Positions 8,895-18,894 of a DNA stretch of 64,000 bases are shown piece by piece (position 1 is the first letter of the stretch; each line of letters begins with the position of its first letter). A program made the translations under genes and the position numbers. The stretch covers positions 11,092 to 75,091 of the forward strand of contig CAVUOP010000009.1 of assembly GCA_963743165.1 (NCBI GenBank), in the 5' to 3' direction. Below the pieces are notes generated by a model. That model was given only the letters and a program-made list of their open reading frames with translations. It did not search any database and was not told where the DNA came from. The DNA is from an uncultured Solirubrobacterales bacterium (lineage in GTDB: Bacteria > Actinomycetota > Thermoleophilia > Solirubrobacterales > Solirubrobacteraceae).

Positions 8895-11155
8895 CAACCT
8901 TCCAAGACGCCGACTGGAGCAGATCCTTCCCGCGCCCCCTCCGGCACACCCCCCTCCCGCGACCTCGGCGGCGGCGCGCCCCCCTCGCGCAAACCGATGC
9001 GCCGATGCAGCTTGCGCAGCGGCCGCGGCGCCCACCAGGCGCGCTCGCCGAGGATGCCCATGATCGCCGGCACAAGCAGCGCGCGCACAACGGTGGCATC
9101 GATCGCCACGGCAAGCGCGGCGCCCACACCGAGCTGCTTGACGAAGAAGATATGGGAGCTCGCGAAGGCGCCGATGGCCACGCAGAAGAGCAGCGCGGCA
9201 GCCGTGACCAGGCGCCCGGTGCGCTCAAGGCCGTGGGCGACGGCCTCGCGCGCGGGCAGACCTTGATCGTGGGCCTCCTTGATGCGCCCGAACAAAAACA
9301 CGCCGTAGTCGGTGGAGAGCGCGAAGGCGATCACGAACAGCAGCACCAGATTGGCCTCCTCCAGCCCGCCGATCGGACTGAAGCCAAGCAGCGAGGAGGA
9401 GTGGCCGTCCTGGAAGATGAGCACCAGCAGGCCCGCGCCGACGGCCACCGTCAGCAGATTCATGGTCAGCGCGATCAGCGGCATCACGGCGGAGCCCGTC
9501 ATCAGGAAGAGGAAGCCGCAGGTAACGAGCGCGAGGATCGCCAGCACCACGGGCACGTGCGCGGCGATCGAGGACTTCTGATCGATGAAGCCCGCGGTGG
9601 GCCCACCGACGAGGCCGCCGCTCGGGTTGACGAGCGCGCGCAGACGCTTGACGAGCGCCTGATTGGCCGCGGAGGCGCCCGAGCCCTGCGGCAGCAGATC
9701 GATCTCCCACTGCCCGCGGCCGAGATAGCGCGGCGGGGCCACCTGAGCCTGCCCCGCGGCGATGCGCTGGGACTGGGCCGCCAGCGCCAGCACGGCCGGA
9801 GCCACCGCGCCAGGACCGCCGGCGCCCTGCCCAGAGCCGCCCTGGTCAGAGCCGCCCTGGCCATCCGCGCCCCGCACCACCATGGTGATCGTCTGCGAGC
9901 CGTCCACGGCGAAGTCGCTGGTGAGCACGCCTGAGACCTGGCGTGTTTCCGAGGAGGCCGGCAGTACGCGCGGGTCGGCCGGGGTCAACGCCAGACGCAG
10001 CGCGGGCGAGGCGATTGCCAGCAACACCAAGGAGGTGAGCAGCGCGACGGTGCCCGGCCGGCGCATGACGGCACGCGCCAAGCGCGCCCAGCCGCCTTCC
10101 TCATCCCCACGTGCAGCGCGCGCGGTGCCCCGCTGCATCCACTTCGGCGAGAGCGCATCGATGCGCGGCCCCAGCGCGATCAGCACGGCGGGCAGCACGA
10201 CCAGCGAGACGCCGCCGGCCATCAGCGCCACGGCCGCTCCCCCAACCCCCATCGAGTAGAGAAAACGCTCAGGAAAGACCAGCATCGAAGCCAAGGCGCC
10301 GGCGACGGTCAGCGAGCCGTAGAGCACGGTGCGTCCAGCAGTCTGCAGCGTGTGCCCGATGGCCTCGCGCGGCTCTAGGCCGGCGGCAAGCTCCTCGCGG
10401 TAGCGCGAGAGCACGAACAGGCTGTAGTCGATCCCCAGTCCCAGGCCGACGCCGGTGACGAGGTTGACGGCGAAGATCGAGAGCCCCGCAAACTGGTCGA
10501 CGAGGCGCAGGATCACGAACGCCAGCACGATCGCAAAGCCGCCAACGAGCAGCGGCAGCATCGCCGCGACGAGGCCGCGGAAGACCCACAGCGAGAGCAG
10601 CAGCAGGATCGGGAAGGCGAGCAGCTCGGCGCGCTCTAGGTCGGAGGCGGTGCGGCGGTTGATTTCATCGAAGGCAACGTCCTGGCCGCCGAAGCGAACC
10701 CCGGAGCCGGCCAGCGCAGGCCGCAGCTTGGCGACGGCCGAGGAGGACTCTTCCTGCGTGGCGAAGGCCGCTAGCACGACGCTCTCGCGGCCATCGCGCG
10801 AGACGAGCTGCACGAGATGACTGGCGGGATAGTCAAGCACCCGCTGAAAGCCCTTCTGCGCCGCCAGCAGCGCGGCGACGTGCGCGGCAAGGTGCTGCGC
10901 CCGCGGGTCGCTGCGCACATCCCCGGAGCTCCTGACGAGCGCGGCCACACCGTAGTCGGGCGACTGCCCGGTGGCCCGCTGGATCGCGGCCTTGGTCCGC
11001 AGGCTCTGATCGTGCAGGTCGTGGAAGTCGTTGGAGCGCCCCTTGAGGACGCCAGTCACAGGGGTCCCCAGCGCCGCGGCCAGCAGAAACACGATGCCGG
11101 CCAGCGTCAATACGCGGCGAGGATGCCCGGTAGCCAGAGCCGTCAAACGATTCAT
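8894..11155 (-). CDS. MMPL/RND-family transporter
   Basis: GLGIDYSLFVLSRYREE, ALSTDYGVFL and TGRLVTAAA motifs; about 11-12 TM segments. Confidence 0.92.
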   Translation of the reverse strand: MNRLTALATGHPRRVLTLAGIVFLLAAALGTPVTGVLKGRSNDFHDLHDQSLRTKAAIQRATGQSPDYGVAALVRSSGDVRSDPRAQHLAAHVAALLAAQKGFQRVLDYPASHLVQLVSRDGRESVVLAAFATQEESSSAVAKLRPALAGSGVRFGGQDVAFDEINRRTASDLERAELLAFPILLLLSLWVFRGLVAAMLPLLVGGFAIVLAFVILRLVDQFAGLSIFAVNLVTGVGLGLGIDYSLFVLSRYREELAAGLEPREAIGHTLQTAGRTVLYGSLTVAGALASMLVFPERFLYSMGVGGAAVALMAGGVSLVVLPAVLIALGPRIDALSPKWMQRGTARAARGDEEGGWARLARAVMRRPGTVALLTSLVLLAIASPALRLALTPADPRVLPASSETRQVSGVLTSDFAVDGSQTITMVVRGADGQGGSDQGGSGQGAGGPGAVAPAVLALAAQSQRIAAGQAQVAPPRYLGRGQWEIDLLPQGSGASAANQALVKRLRALVNPSGGLVGGPTAGFIDQKSSIAAHVPVVLAILALVTCGFLFLMTGSAVMPLIALTMNLLTVAVGAGLLVLIFQDGHSSSLLGFSPIGGLEEANLVLLFVIAFALSTDYGVFLFGRIKEAHDQGLPAREAVAHGLERTGRLVTAAALLFCVAIGAFASSHIFFVKQLGVGAALAVAIDATVVRALLVPAIMGILGERAWWAPRPLRKLHRRIGLREGGAPPPRSREGGVPEGAREGSAPVGVLEG

Positions 11156-11162
11156 GGCTCGC

Positions 11163-11191
11163 TTTATAGTGACTGCTAACTAATTTGTCAA
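11163..11191 (-). promoter_or_regulatory. Consensus sigma70/SigA promoter with an overlapping operator-like palindrome; leaderless MMPL transcript
   Basis: TTGACA-17 nt-TATAAA, 7 nt before ATG 11155; the spacer contains the imperfect palindrome TAGTTAGCAGTCACTA. Confidence 0.75.
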
Positions 11192-11283
11192 GGGAACTCG
11201 TCGTTTCGCCCCGCTGCAGGCCGTGCCAAGCAAGGCGGCTACTGCTCGGCCTCCTGCCTCCTATGCCAGCGGGTACGACACAG

Positions 11284-11808
11284 TTACTGCTCGGCCTCGC
11301 GCCAAACCTCGACTGAGACCTCGTCCACGGGCAAAGGAATTGGCGGCTCCGGCTTGGCGGCCTTGACCCAGACGCCTTCGAGGTCGTAGTCGGCCAGCAG
11401 GCGGTCGGCGATGGTCGAGCAGAGCCGCTCCAAGGTCTTGTGCTGGCGCTGCTGGGCGATGAGGGCTACCAGCTGGCAGACCTCGCCGTAGTCAACGGTG
11501 TCCTCGATCTCGTCTGTAACTGTGGCGTCAGTCTCGCCGACATCAAGGCGCAAGTCGAAGACGAGCCGTTGGCCAACCTCGCGCTCGGCTGCGCTCACGC
11601 CGTGGTGCGTGTAGAGCGAGAGGCCCGTGATCTCGATGGTGACGGACTCCAGCACCTCCTCATCGCGGTCCTCGCCGTCGCCGTCGCCGTCATCCTCGCC
11701 GATGTCCTGATCCTCATCCTCAAGACCCCCCACATCGAACTCGCGCTCGTCGAGCCCCTCCTCGTTCAGGTCGTCGTCCTCGCCGCTGGTGGGGCTGTCG
11801 CCGACCAT
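11284..11808 (-). CDS. folB: Dihydroneopterin aldolase with acidic N-terminal extension
   Basis: HHGV..AEREVGQRLVFDL, DTVDYGEV, KTLERL and KPEPPIP motifs. Confidence 0.9.
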   Translation of the reverse strand: MVGDSPTSGEDDDLNEEGLDEREFDVGGLEDEDQDIGEDDGDGDGEDRDEEVLESVTIEITGLSLYTHHGVSAAEREVGQRLVFDLRLDVGETDATVTDEIEDTVDYGEVCQLVALIAQQRQHKTLERLCSTIADRLLADYDLEGVWVKAAKPEPPIPLPVDEVSVEVWREAEQ

Positions 11809-12608
11809 GCGCCCAAAGTAGCAGCCGCCGCTAGCAGCGCGGCACGCACAGGGGCGACGTCGTGCACGCGAAATACGCTGCCACCCCGCTCGTAGGCCAT
11901 GACGCTGGTGGCGATCGTGCCCGGCAGCCGTTCCTCCACAGCGGCTGGCTCCCGCTGCCTACGAGCATCCGCAAGCAGCCGCCCAAGGAAGCTCTTGCGC
12001 GAAGTGCCCACCACCAGCGGCCGCCCAAGCACCCGCAGCTCATCGAGGCGCCGCAGCAGCTCCAAGTTGTGCTGCAGCGTCTTGCCAAAGCCAATGCCGG
12101 GATCGAGCAGCACCCGCTCCTCGCGCACGCCAGCAGCGACGGCGAAGCGCAGACGCTCCTCCAGAAAGGCCTTGACGTCATCGACAACGTCCTCGTAGCA
12201 AGGGTCGTGCTGCATGGTGCGCGGCTCGCCGAGCATGTGCATGAGGCAGCAGTCAGCCCCACTGCCCGCCACCACCTCGGCCATCGCGGGGTCCGCGCGC
12301 AAGGCACTGACATCGTTGACGAGCGTGGCGCCGGCAGCAAGCGCGGCGCGGGCAACGGCGGCCTTGGAGGTGTCGATCGAGATCTGCGCATCCGGCGTCC
12401 CGACCAGACCCTCGATCACGGGAACAACTCGACGCAGCTCCTCGGCCTCCCCCACCGGCTCGGCCCCAGGCCGCGTGGACTCCCCGCCGATGTCGAGGAT
12501 GTCGGCCCCCTGAGCAACCAACTCGCGGCCGTGCGCGACGGCAGCCCGCGCGTCCAGAAAGAGACCTCCGTCGGAGAACGAATCCGGCGTGACGTTGACG
12601 ATGCCCAT
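11766..12608 (-). CDS. folP: Dihydropteroate synthase (start uncertain, may lie upstream)
   Basis: MGIVNVTPDSFSDGG, IGGESTRPG, DPGIGFGK, GTSRKSF and RVHDV motifs. Confidence 0.95.
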   Translation of the reverse strand: MGIVNVTPDSFSDGGLFLDARAAVAHGRELVAQGADILDIGGESTRPGAEPVGEAEELRRVVPVIEGLVGTPDAQISIDTSKAAVARAALAAGATLVNDVSALRADPAMAEVVAGSGADCCLMHMLGEPRTMQHDPCYEDVVDDVKAFLEERLRFAVAAGVREERVLLDPGIGFGKTLQHNLELLRRLDELRVLGRPLVVGTSRKSFLGRLLADARRQREPAAVEERLPGTIATSVMAYERGGSVFRVHDVAPVRAALLAAAATLGAWSATAPPAARTTT

Positions 12609-12862
12609 GAGGCGGAAGGGCAAACCGAGGGTGATATCGACAGGGGGATCTGGGATAGGAGGGCTCTCTTTTTCGTTTAAGTGCGCGATTGTCAATACAA
12701 CGTCAATACCATCGCGCACAAACTTTAAAACAAAGGCCCCCAACCCGCGCCTTTATCTTCCCTTTAGCCTCCGCGCTGGCCCCCAATGCTGGCCTCCGCG
12801 CTGGCCCCGCGCCCCCGATGCCGGCCTCTCCGCGCCCCCTCCATACTGCCGGCGCCGCGCGC

Positions 12863-14806
12863 TTAGGCGTCGGCGGTGCCGCCGGCCAGACCTGGCCGGG
12901 GCAGCGGCCGCGGCGCTTCGCGCCCGGCACGGTCGGCCGGCGCGGTGGGCGCGGTCGTCTCAGGCGTGCTCGGCTCATCGTCAGGCCCGAAGACTTCCTC
13001 CTCGGACTTGCCGGCGAGCAGGCCGAGGAACTCCTCCTTCTCGATGGTCTCGCGCTTGAGCAGGACCTCGGAGAGGTGCGTGAGGCTGTCGCGGTGCTCG
13101 CCGAGGATGTCTTTGGCGCGCTGGTGGGCGGACTCGACGATGCGCCTGACCTCGTCGTCGATCTCGCGGGCGATCTCATCGGAGTAATCGGGCTCGGTGG
13201 AGAACTCGCGGCCCAAAAATGGCTGACCATGATCGTGCCCGAAGACACGCGGCCCAAGCTTGTCGGACATGCCGAAGCGCATAACCATCTGCTTGGCGGT
13301 GGCAGTGACCTTCTCGATGTCGTTGGAGGCGCCGGTGGTGATCTCACTGAAGACGATCTCCTCAGCGGCACGCCCGCCAAGCGTCATCGCCATGGTGTCG
13401 TTGAGTTCGGCGCGGGTGGTGAGGAAGCGATCCTCCTGGGGCATCGAGATGGTGTAGCCAAGCGCCTGACCACGCGAGATGACGGAGATCTTGTGCACGG
13501 GGTCGGAGTGCTCCAGGTAGTGCCCCACGATCGCGTGCCCCATCTCGTGGTAGGCGGTGATGAGGCGCTCCTTTTCGCTCATGACGCGCGTCTTCTTCTC
13601 GGGGCCGGCGATCACGCGCATGATCCCCTCCTCAAGCTCAACCTGGCCGATCTCGCGCTTGCCGGTGCGGGCCGAGAGCAGGGCTGCCTCATTAATCAGG
13701 TTAGAAAGGTCGGCGCCGGTAAACCCGGGGGTCTGCCCAGCCAAGGCGTCGATGTCGATCTGCTTGCCCAACGGCTTGCCACGCGTGTGAACCTCAAGGA
13801 TCTTGGCGCGCCCCTTGCGATCGGGCCGGTCGACGGCGATCTGCCGATCAAAGCGCCCGGGGCGCAAAAGCGCCGGATCGAGAATGTCGGGCCGGTTGGT
13901 GGCCGCGATCATGATGATGTTGTCCTTGGCCTCAAAGCCATCCATCTCGACCAGCAGCTGGTTGAGCGTCTGCTCGCGCTCGTCGTGACCGCCGCCGAGC
14001 CCGGCGCCACGGTGCCGACCGACGGCGTCGATCTCGTCCATGAAGATGATGCAAGGCGAGTTCTGCTTGGCCTGCTCGAAGAGATCACGCACGCGCGAGG
14101 CGCCGACGCCAACGAACATCTCAACAAAGTCCGAACCAGAGATCGAGAAGAAAGGCACGCCCGCCTCCCCGGCGACAGCGCGCGCGAGCAAGGTCTTGCC
14201 GGTACCAGGAGGCCCATACAGGAGCACACCGGTGGGAATGCGCGCACCGAGCGCCTGGAACTTCTTGGGGTTCTCCAAGAACTCCTTAATCTCGTGCAGC
14301 TCCTCGACGGCCTCGTCGACACCGGCGACATCCCGGAAGGTGATCTTGGGCGAGTCGGCGCTGAGCCGCTTGGCGCGCGACTTGCCAAAGGACATCACCT
14401 TGGAGCCCCCGCCCTGCACCTGGTTCATGAGGAAGATCCAGAAGCCCAGGAAGAGCACAAAGGGAATGATGTAGGTGAGGATCCCGAGCAGCACACTGCT
14501 CTTGTTGGTCTCCACGTTGAAGGGCACGTTCGCTTTTTCGAGCTGTGTGATCAGCTGCGGAGCGGCCTGGTCGACGTAGCCGACTTCGTGGGTCCCGCCC
14601 TTGACGAGCTGGACTTCGACAGAGTTGCCCTTCTGCTTGATCACGGCCTTCTTGACGTTCTTGTTGGGTATGTCCTTGGAGACAAGCGTCTGGTAGGTGT
14701 ATTCCTGAGCCCCGCTCGTGCCGGACGGAATCAGCCGGGTGGCGAGAAAGGCCACCAACACCACGATCAGGATCGGGAATGCGGCGCTTTTGAAAAATCG
14801 GCTCAT
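12863..14806 (-). CDS. ftsH: ATP-dependent zinc metalloprotease FtsH
   Basis: Two TM segments, [18 protein letters not shown] motif and HEMGH. Confidence 0.98.
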   Translation of the reverse strand: MSRFFKSAAFPILIVVLVAFLATRLIPSGTSGAQEYTYQTLVSKDIPNKNVKKAVIKQKGNSVEVQLVKGGTHEVGYVDQAAPQLITQLEKANVPFNVETNKSSVLLGILTYIIPFVLFLGFWIFLMNQVQGGGSKVMSFGKSRAKRLSADSPKITFRDVAGVDEAVEELHEIKEFLENPKKFQALGARIPTGVLLYGPPGTGKTLLARAVAGEAGVPFFSISGSDFVEMFVGVGASRVRDLFEQAKQNSPCIIFMDEIDAVGRHRGAGLGGGHDEREQTLNQLLVEMDGFEAKDNIIMIAATNRPDILDPALLRPGRFDRQIAVDRPDRKGRAKILEVHTRGKPLGKQIDIDALAGQTPGFTGADLSNLINEAALLSARTGKREIGQVELEEGIMRVIAGPEKKTRVMSEKERLITAYHEMGHAIVGHYLEHSDPVHKISVISRGQALGYTISMPQEDRFLTTRAELNDTMAMTLGGRAAEEIVFSEITTGASNDIEKVTATAKQMVMRFGMSDKLGPRVFGHDHGQPFLGREFSTEPDYSDEIAREIDDEVRRIVESAHQRAKDILGEHRDSLTHLSEVLLKRETIEKEEFLGLLAGKSEEEVFGPDDEPSTPETTAPTAPADRAGREAPRPLPRPGLAGGTADA

Positions 14807-14818
14807 GAGCTGCTCACT

Positions 14819-15388
14819 TTACCGTGTCAACGCCGCAACATAAGGAAGGTTGCGGTAGCGCTCGGCGTAGTCTAGGCCGTAGCCCACCACGAAGCGGTCG
14901 GGTATCTCAAAGCCAACATAGCGCGTCGGCAGGTCCACCTTGCGCCGCTCGGGCTTGGTCAACAAAGCGCAGACCTCAAGCGACCCAGGGTCGCGCGAGC
15001 CGAGGTTGCGCAGCAGATACTGCAAGGTGAGCCCGGAGTCGACGATGTCCTCAACAATCAGCACGTCGCGCCCGGCGATGACGATGTCGAGGTCCTTAAG
15101 GATGCGCACGACCCCTGAGGAGTCTGTGGCCGAGCCGTAGGAAGCCACCGCCATGAAATCGACCTCAACGGGAATGTCGATGAAGCGCATCAGGTCGGAG
15201 AGGAAGAAGACAGCCCCCTTGAGCACGCCGATCAAGAGCAACGAGCGCCCGGCGTAGTCGCGCGAGATCTCCTCGCCCAGTTCAGCAACACGCTTCTGCA
15301 ATGCCTCGGCGTCGACAAGCACCTCGCCGATGCCGGGATCACCCGGGGGCGATCCGTTGGCCGCCACGGCAGGCAGGGGATCGGGCAT
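14819..15388 (-). CDS. hpt: Hypoxanthine phosphoribosyltransferase
   Basis: VLKG, VLIVEDIVDSGLT and FVVGYGLDY motifs. Confidence 0.96.
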   Translation of the reverse strand: MPDPLPAVAANGSPPGDPGIGEVLVDAEALQKRVAELGEEISRDYAGRSLLLIGVLKGAVFFLSDLMRFIDIPVEVDFMAVASYGSATDSSGVVRILKDLDIVIAGRDVLIVEDIVDSGLTLQYLLRNLGSRDPGSLEVCALLTKPERRKVDLPTRYVGFEIPDRFVVGYGLDYAERYRNLPYVAALTR

Positions 15389-15415
15389 GACAGGCAGTCT
15401 AGTCGTGCCTGAGCT

Positions 15416-16381
15416 CTAGTCGCGCTCGGCGTCGCGCCCGGGCGAGGGGTAGTGCGGCGCGATCTTGACCATGCGCAGCCGCCGCTGCTCGATCACGGCA
15501 GCGAGGAGCCCACCGATATGCAACTCAGCGCGCCCCTGACGCCCCGCCAGCTCCAGGATCTCCGCGACACGATCGCCCGCCTGAGGAACAAACGCGCCGG
15601 GCCCGGCCGCCCCCTCGGCCAGACGCACTACGACCAGACGAGCAAGCGCGGGATGCAGCTCGCCAAGACGCTCGATGGCAATTGAGGTCTCCCCATCGAG
15701 CTCGCGATCCACAAGCTGTTCAAGCAGCTCGGTCTCCTCACGCAACAGCTGAGCGGTACGCAGCACATTGCCATCGGCCCCAGGGTGCACGGCCCGCAAG
15801 GCCGCAAGCAACCCATGCCGCACGCGCCCGCGCGCGTAGGCGTCGGTCTCGTTGGTCGCGTCCTCACGCCAAGTAAGCCCCCGCGCAACACAGTAGGCGG
15901 CGGTCTGCTCACGGGTGACCCCCAAGAGCGGCCGGATCAGACGCCCCTCAGCCGCCGGCATCCCGAGCAGTGCCCGCCGCCCCGGGGAGGCGGCGAGGCG
16001 ATAGAGGACGGTCTCGATCTGGTCGGTGGCGGTATGCCCAACGGCCACAAGCGCATCATCGCGCTCGGCAAGCAGCAGAGCAGCCTGATAACGAACGTTC
16101 CGCGCCCACGCCTGCACATTCCCCGATCCGCGCACAGGCCGGAGCACTTCCAAGGCGACGCCCAATCGCTCACAGAGCCGCTCGCAGTGATGCTGATCCT
16201 GCTCCGACGCCTCCGCGCGCAGCCCGTAGTTGACGTGCAGCGCCTGCACCAGGCCCGCCCCACAGAGGTCCACAACGACATCAAGCAGACAAACCGAATC
16301 GCGCCCCCCCGAGAGCATGACGACAAGCGGGCGCTCAGCGGCGAGCAGACCGGTGGCCAGCACCTGCTCGCGAACGTCCAT
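15416..16381 (-). CDS. tilS: tRNA(Ile)-lysidine synthetase
   Basis: SGGRDS PP-loop, HVNYGLR, GHTATDQIET and RPLL; tilS-hpt-ftsH synteny. Confidence 0.92.
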   Translation of the reverse strand: MDVREQVLATGLLAAERPLVVMLSGGRDSVCLLDVVVDLCGAGLVQALHVNYGLRAEASEQDQHHCERLCERLGVALEVLRPVRGSGNVQAWARNVRYQAALLLAERDDALVAVGHTATDQIETVLYRLAASPGRRALLGMPAAEGRLIRPLLGVTREQTAAYCVARGLTWREDATNETDAYARGRVRHGLLAALRAVHPGADGNVLRTAQLLREETELLEQLVDRELDGETSIAIERLGELHPALARLVVVRLAEGAAGPGAFVPQAGDRVAEILELAGRQGRAELHIGGLLAAVIEQRRLRMVKIAPHYPSPGRDAERD

Positions 16382-17583
16382 TAGCCCGCAGCCGAGGAGG
16401 CGATAAACAGCTCGGTAGGCTCCTTGAACCCCTTGAGCACAACCCCACCGATGAGCTCAAAGCGCAGCCCATCAAGCCCGGCGGCCTGATCCACGACCGC
16501 TCGCGTGACCAGGACCTCCCCCCCAGCAGCCCGCGCGACGACGCGCGCGGCACGGTTGACCTCGCGCCCGTAATAGTCCCCGTCGCGGTAGAGGGCAGCA
16601 CCGTGATGGACGCCGATGCGCGGCGGCGGGGAGCCGGCGGGCAGCGAAGCAGGCAGCCCAACAGCCCAATCCGTCAAAGCGACAGGGTCGGCGCCAATGA
16701 TCATGACCTCATCACCAAGCGTCTTGATGACGCGGGCCTCAATCGGCAAGGTCTGCTCGACGGCTTCGACAAAGCGCTCAACAGCGCCGACGGCCTCCTG
16801 CTCCCCCTGCTCCTCGGTAAGCCGGGTATATCCCGCCAAATCAGCAAAAGCAACAGCAACGCGCATGCGCCCCTCCTCAGCGGAGTCCTCATCGAGGTCG
16901 GCCTCTATATGGCCGATAACGTCCTGCTCGACAAAGTGAGCCAAGAAACGCGCGTGCAGATAATTCATGATCGGCGAGACGAAAGGCAGCATCTCCCCCA
17001 CGAGCGCCTCCATCTCCTCGGTCATCTCAAGCCCAGGAACCCCGTCGCGCATGAGCGGCTCGTGCACGTAGAGGTGAAAGAGCCTGACCTCAGCATCGGC
17101 GATCTGCGCCATGGCCTGCGCATAGACACGCGTGAGCTGCAAGAAAGCCGGCATCGGCAAGCCAGCACTGAGAATCGCGGCGACATAGCGCAATAACTCC
17201 ATGTCCTCCTCGGAGATGGAGTCAACGGAGAGCACGGAGAGCCCCATCGCGGCGATCAGCCGTTCGATCTCCTCACCCTTGAGCCCCGTGGCGCGGATGG
17301 CATCGGCGAGCTTGTAGCGCGCGTCAGAGGTGGGCAGCAGTTCGTCGATGAAGCCGAAGGCAAGCCGCCCGCTCTGGCTGGCCTCGCGGATCTTCTCAAC
17401 GGTGTGCCCGCGTTCGCGCAGGCGCGAGACGATGCGCACGTGGGAGGCGGCAGCATGGGTCCACTCCCCTTCGTACTGGGGCACAAGCCCTTCCTTGACC
17501 CAGCGGCGAACGGTGCCCGGCGAGACGCCGGCGCGGGCAGCGACCTGGGCAAGGGTGAGAGCACTCGGGGGCGACGTGGCCAT
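16381..17583 (-). CDS. Class III adenylate/guanylate cyclase with N-terminal MerR-like HTH and regulatory domain
   Basis: LAQVAARAGVSPGTVRRWVKEGLV; FADLAGYT, KTLGDEVM and GDYYGREVNRAAR. Confidence 0.85.
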   Translation of the reverse strand: MATSPPSALTLAQVAARAGVSPGTVRRWVKEGLVPQYEGEWTHAAASHVRIVSRLRERGHTVEKIREASQSGRLAFGFIDELLPTSDARYKLADAIRATGLKGEEIERLIAAMGLSVLSVDSISEEDMELLRYVAAILSAGLPMPAFLQLTRVYAQAMAQIADAEVRLFHLYVHEPLMRDGVPGLEMTEEMEALVGEMLPFVSPIMNYLHARFLAHFVEQDVIGHIEADLDEDSAEEGRMRVAVAFADLAGYTRLTEEQGEQEAVGAVERFVEAVEQTLPIEARVIKTLGDEVMIIGADPVALTDWAVGLPASLPAGSPPPRIGVHHGAALYRDGDYYGREVNRAARVVARAAGGEVLVTRAVVDQAAGLDGLRFELIGGVVLKGFKEPTELFIASSAAG

Positions 17584-17609
17584 GAGCCGCAGTCTAGAGT
17601 CGAGACCCC

Positions 17610-18305
17610 GTGTCAAACCGCGCGACAATCCACCTGCACCCCACGGCGGAGCTGGCCGAGCGAGTATTGCTGCCAGGTGACCCAGGCCGGGCACTGGCGC
17701 TAGCCCAGTGGCTGCTTGAGAAACCACTGATGTTCAACCACAACCGCGGCCTGTGGGGCTACACGGGCAAGGCCCCCGACGGCGAGCTGCTGACGGTGCA
17801 GAGCACGGGCATGGGCGGCCCAAGCGCAGCGATCGTGCTGCACGAGCTGGCGACACTAGGCGCGAAGCGAGCAATCAGGGTAGGCACGTGCGGAGCGCTG
17901 AACGGCAACCTCGCGCTAGGCGAGCTGCTGGTGGCAGGCGAGGCGATCGCGGCGGACGGCACGAGCAAGGCGCTAGGCGCAGGCGAGCGCGTAACAGCAG
18001 ACGCCACGTTGACCAAAGCGCTAGGCGCCGAGGCCGGGGGGAATCCCCATCTAATAGTGAGCACGGACCTGTTCTATGAGCCCAACCCGCAGCGCGAGCA
18101 CGGCTGGCGAGCGGCAGGCGCGGCGGCGGTGGAGATGGAGGCAGCGACGCTGTTCGCGGTAGGCGAGCAGCTGAAGATGCCGGTGGGATGCGTGCTGGCG
18201 GTATCGGACCTGCTGCACCCGCAAGGGCGCGAGCGCATCAGCACAGAGAACCTGGAGCAGGCAGCGCAGGCAATGGGCCAGGTGGCCCTAGCGGCGCTGA
18301 GCTAG
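17610..18305 (+). CDS. deoD: Purine nucleoside phosphorylase, DeoD type
   Basis: PGDPGRA, STGMGGPSAAI, IRVGTCG and VEMEAA motifs. Confidence 0.85.
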   Translation: MSNRATIHLHPTAELAERVLLPGDPGRALALAQWLLEKPLMFNHNRGLWGYTGKAPDGELLTVQSTGMGGPSAAIVLHELATLGAKRAIRVGTCGALNGNLALGELLVAGEAIAADGTSKALGAGERVTADATLTKALGAEAGGNPHLIVSTDLFYEPNPQREHGWRAAGAAAVEMEAATLFAVGEQLKMPVGCVLAVSDLLHPQGRERISTENLEQAAQAMGQVALAALS

Positions 18306-18841
18306 CCCTTAGGCTTGCCAGGAGGCTTGGACGCAGCGCGGCGCCGAGGCGCAGTTTTTTTGGAGGGGTTGGGGTCGGTTGGACCCAAATCATCAGGCGC
18401 GCGGCCAGCACCGCGAGACCCAGCCGCCGAGCGGGCCGCGGTGAGGCGATCTTCGCGTATCTCGGTAATCGCCTTGGTGAGCGTCTGTAACTGCTGCTCG
18501 ACAGCGCCAAGACGAGCCTCAACGGCCCCGCCGGCGCCATCGACAACCGCGGCGGCCTTGGCGGCAAGCGTGCGGTCGAGCCGATCGATGCCGTCCTCGA
18601 TGCCCTCGATGCGCTGGGAGAACGAGCGCAGGCGCCGCGTGAGCCGCTCGATGTCAGAGGCGGAAGGAAGGTTGAGCGCCCCCATGGCGAGCTCCTGAGC
18701 CTGGGCGGCCTTCTCGCGCGCATCGAAGGCGTGTCCGATGGCGCCGGTGAGGATGGGATTCTCAAGCAGGTCGGTGAGCGCGCGCCCGAGACGATCCTCG
18801 GTACCTGTGGTCAGGCGCTCGCGCAGACTTCCCTCCGACAT
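18302..18841 (-). CDS. Hypothetical coiled-coil protein (phasin-like motif, basic tail)
   Basis: ALNLPSASDIERLTRRL motif resembles PHA granule-associated proteins; the family call is weak. Confidence 0.55.
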   Translation of the reverse strand: MSEGSLRERLTTGTEDRLGRALTDLLENPILTGAIGHAFDAREKAAQAQELAMGALNLPSASDIERLTRRLRSFSQRIEGIEDGIDRLDRTLAAKAAAVVDGAGGAVEARLGAVEQQLQTLTKAITEIREDRLTAARSAAGSRGAGRAPDDLGPTDPNPSKKTAPRRRAASKPPGKPKG

Positions 18842-18894
18842 CGCTGTTGCTCCTCGGTCGCTCACGGGTCGGCTGTGAAGGATACGGTGCGGGA

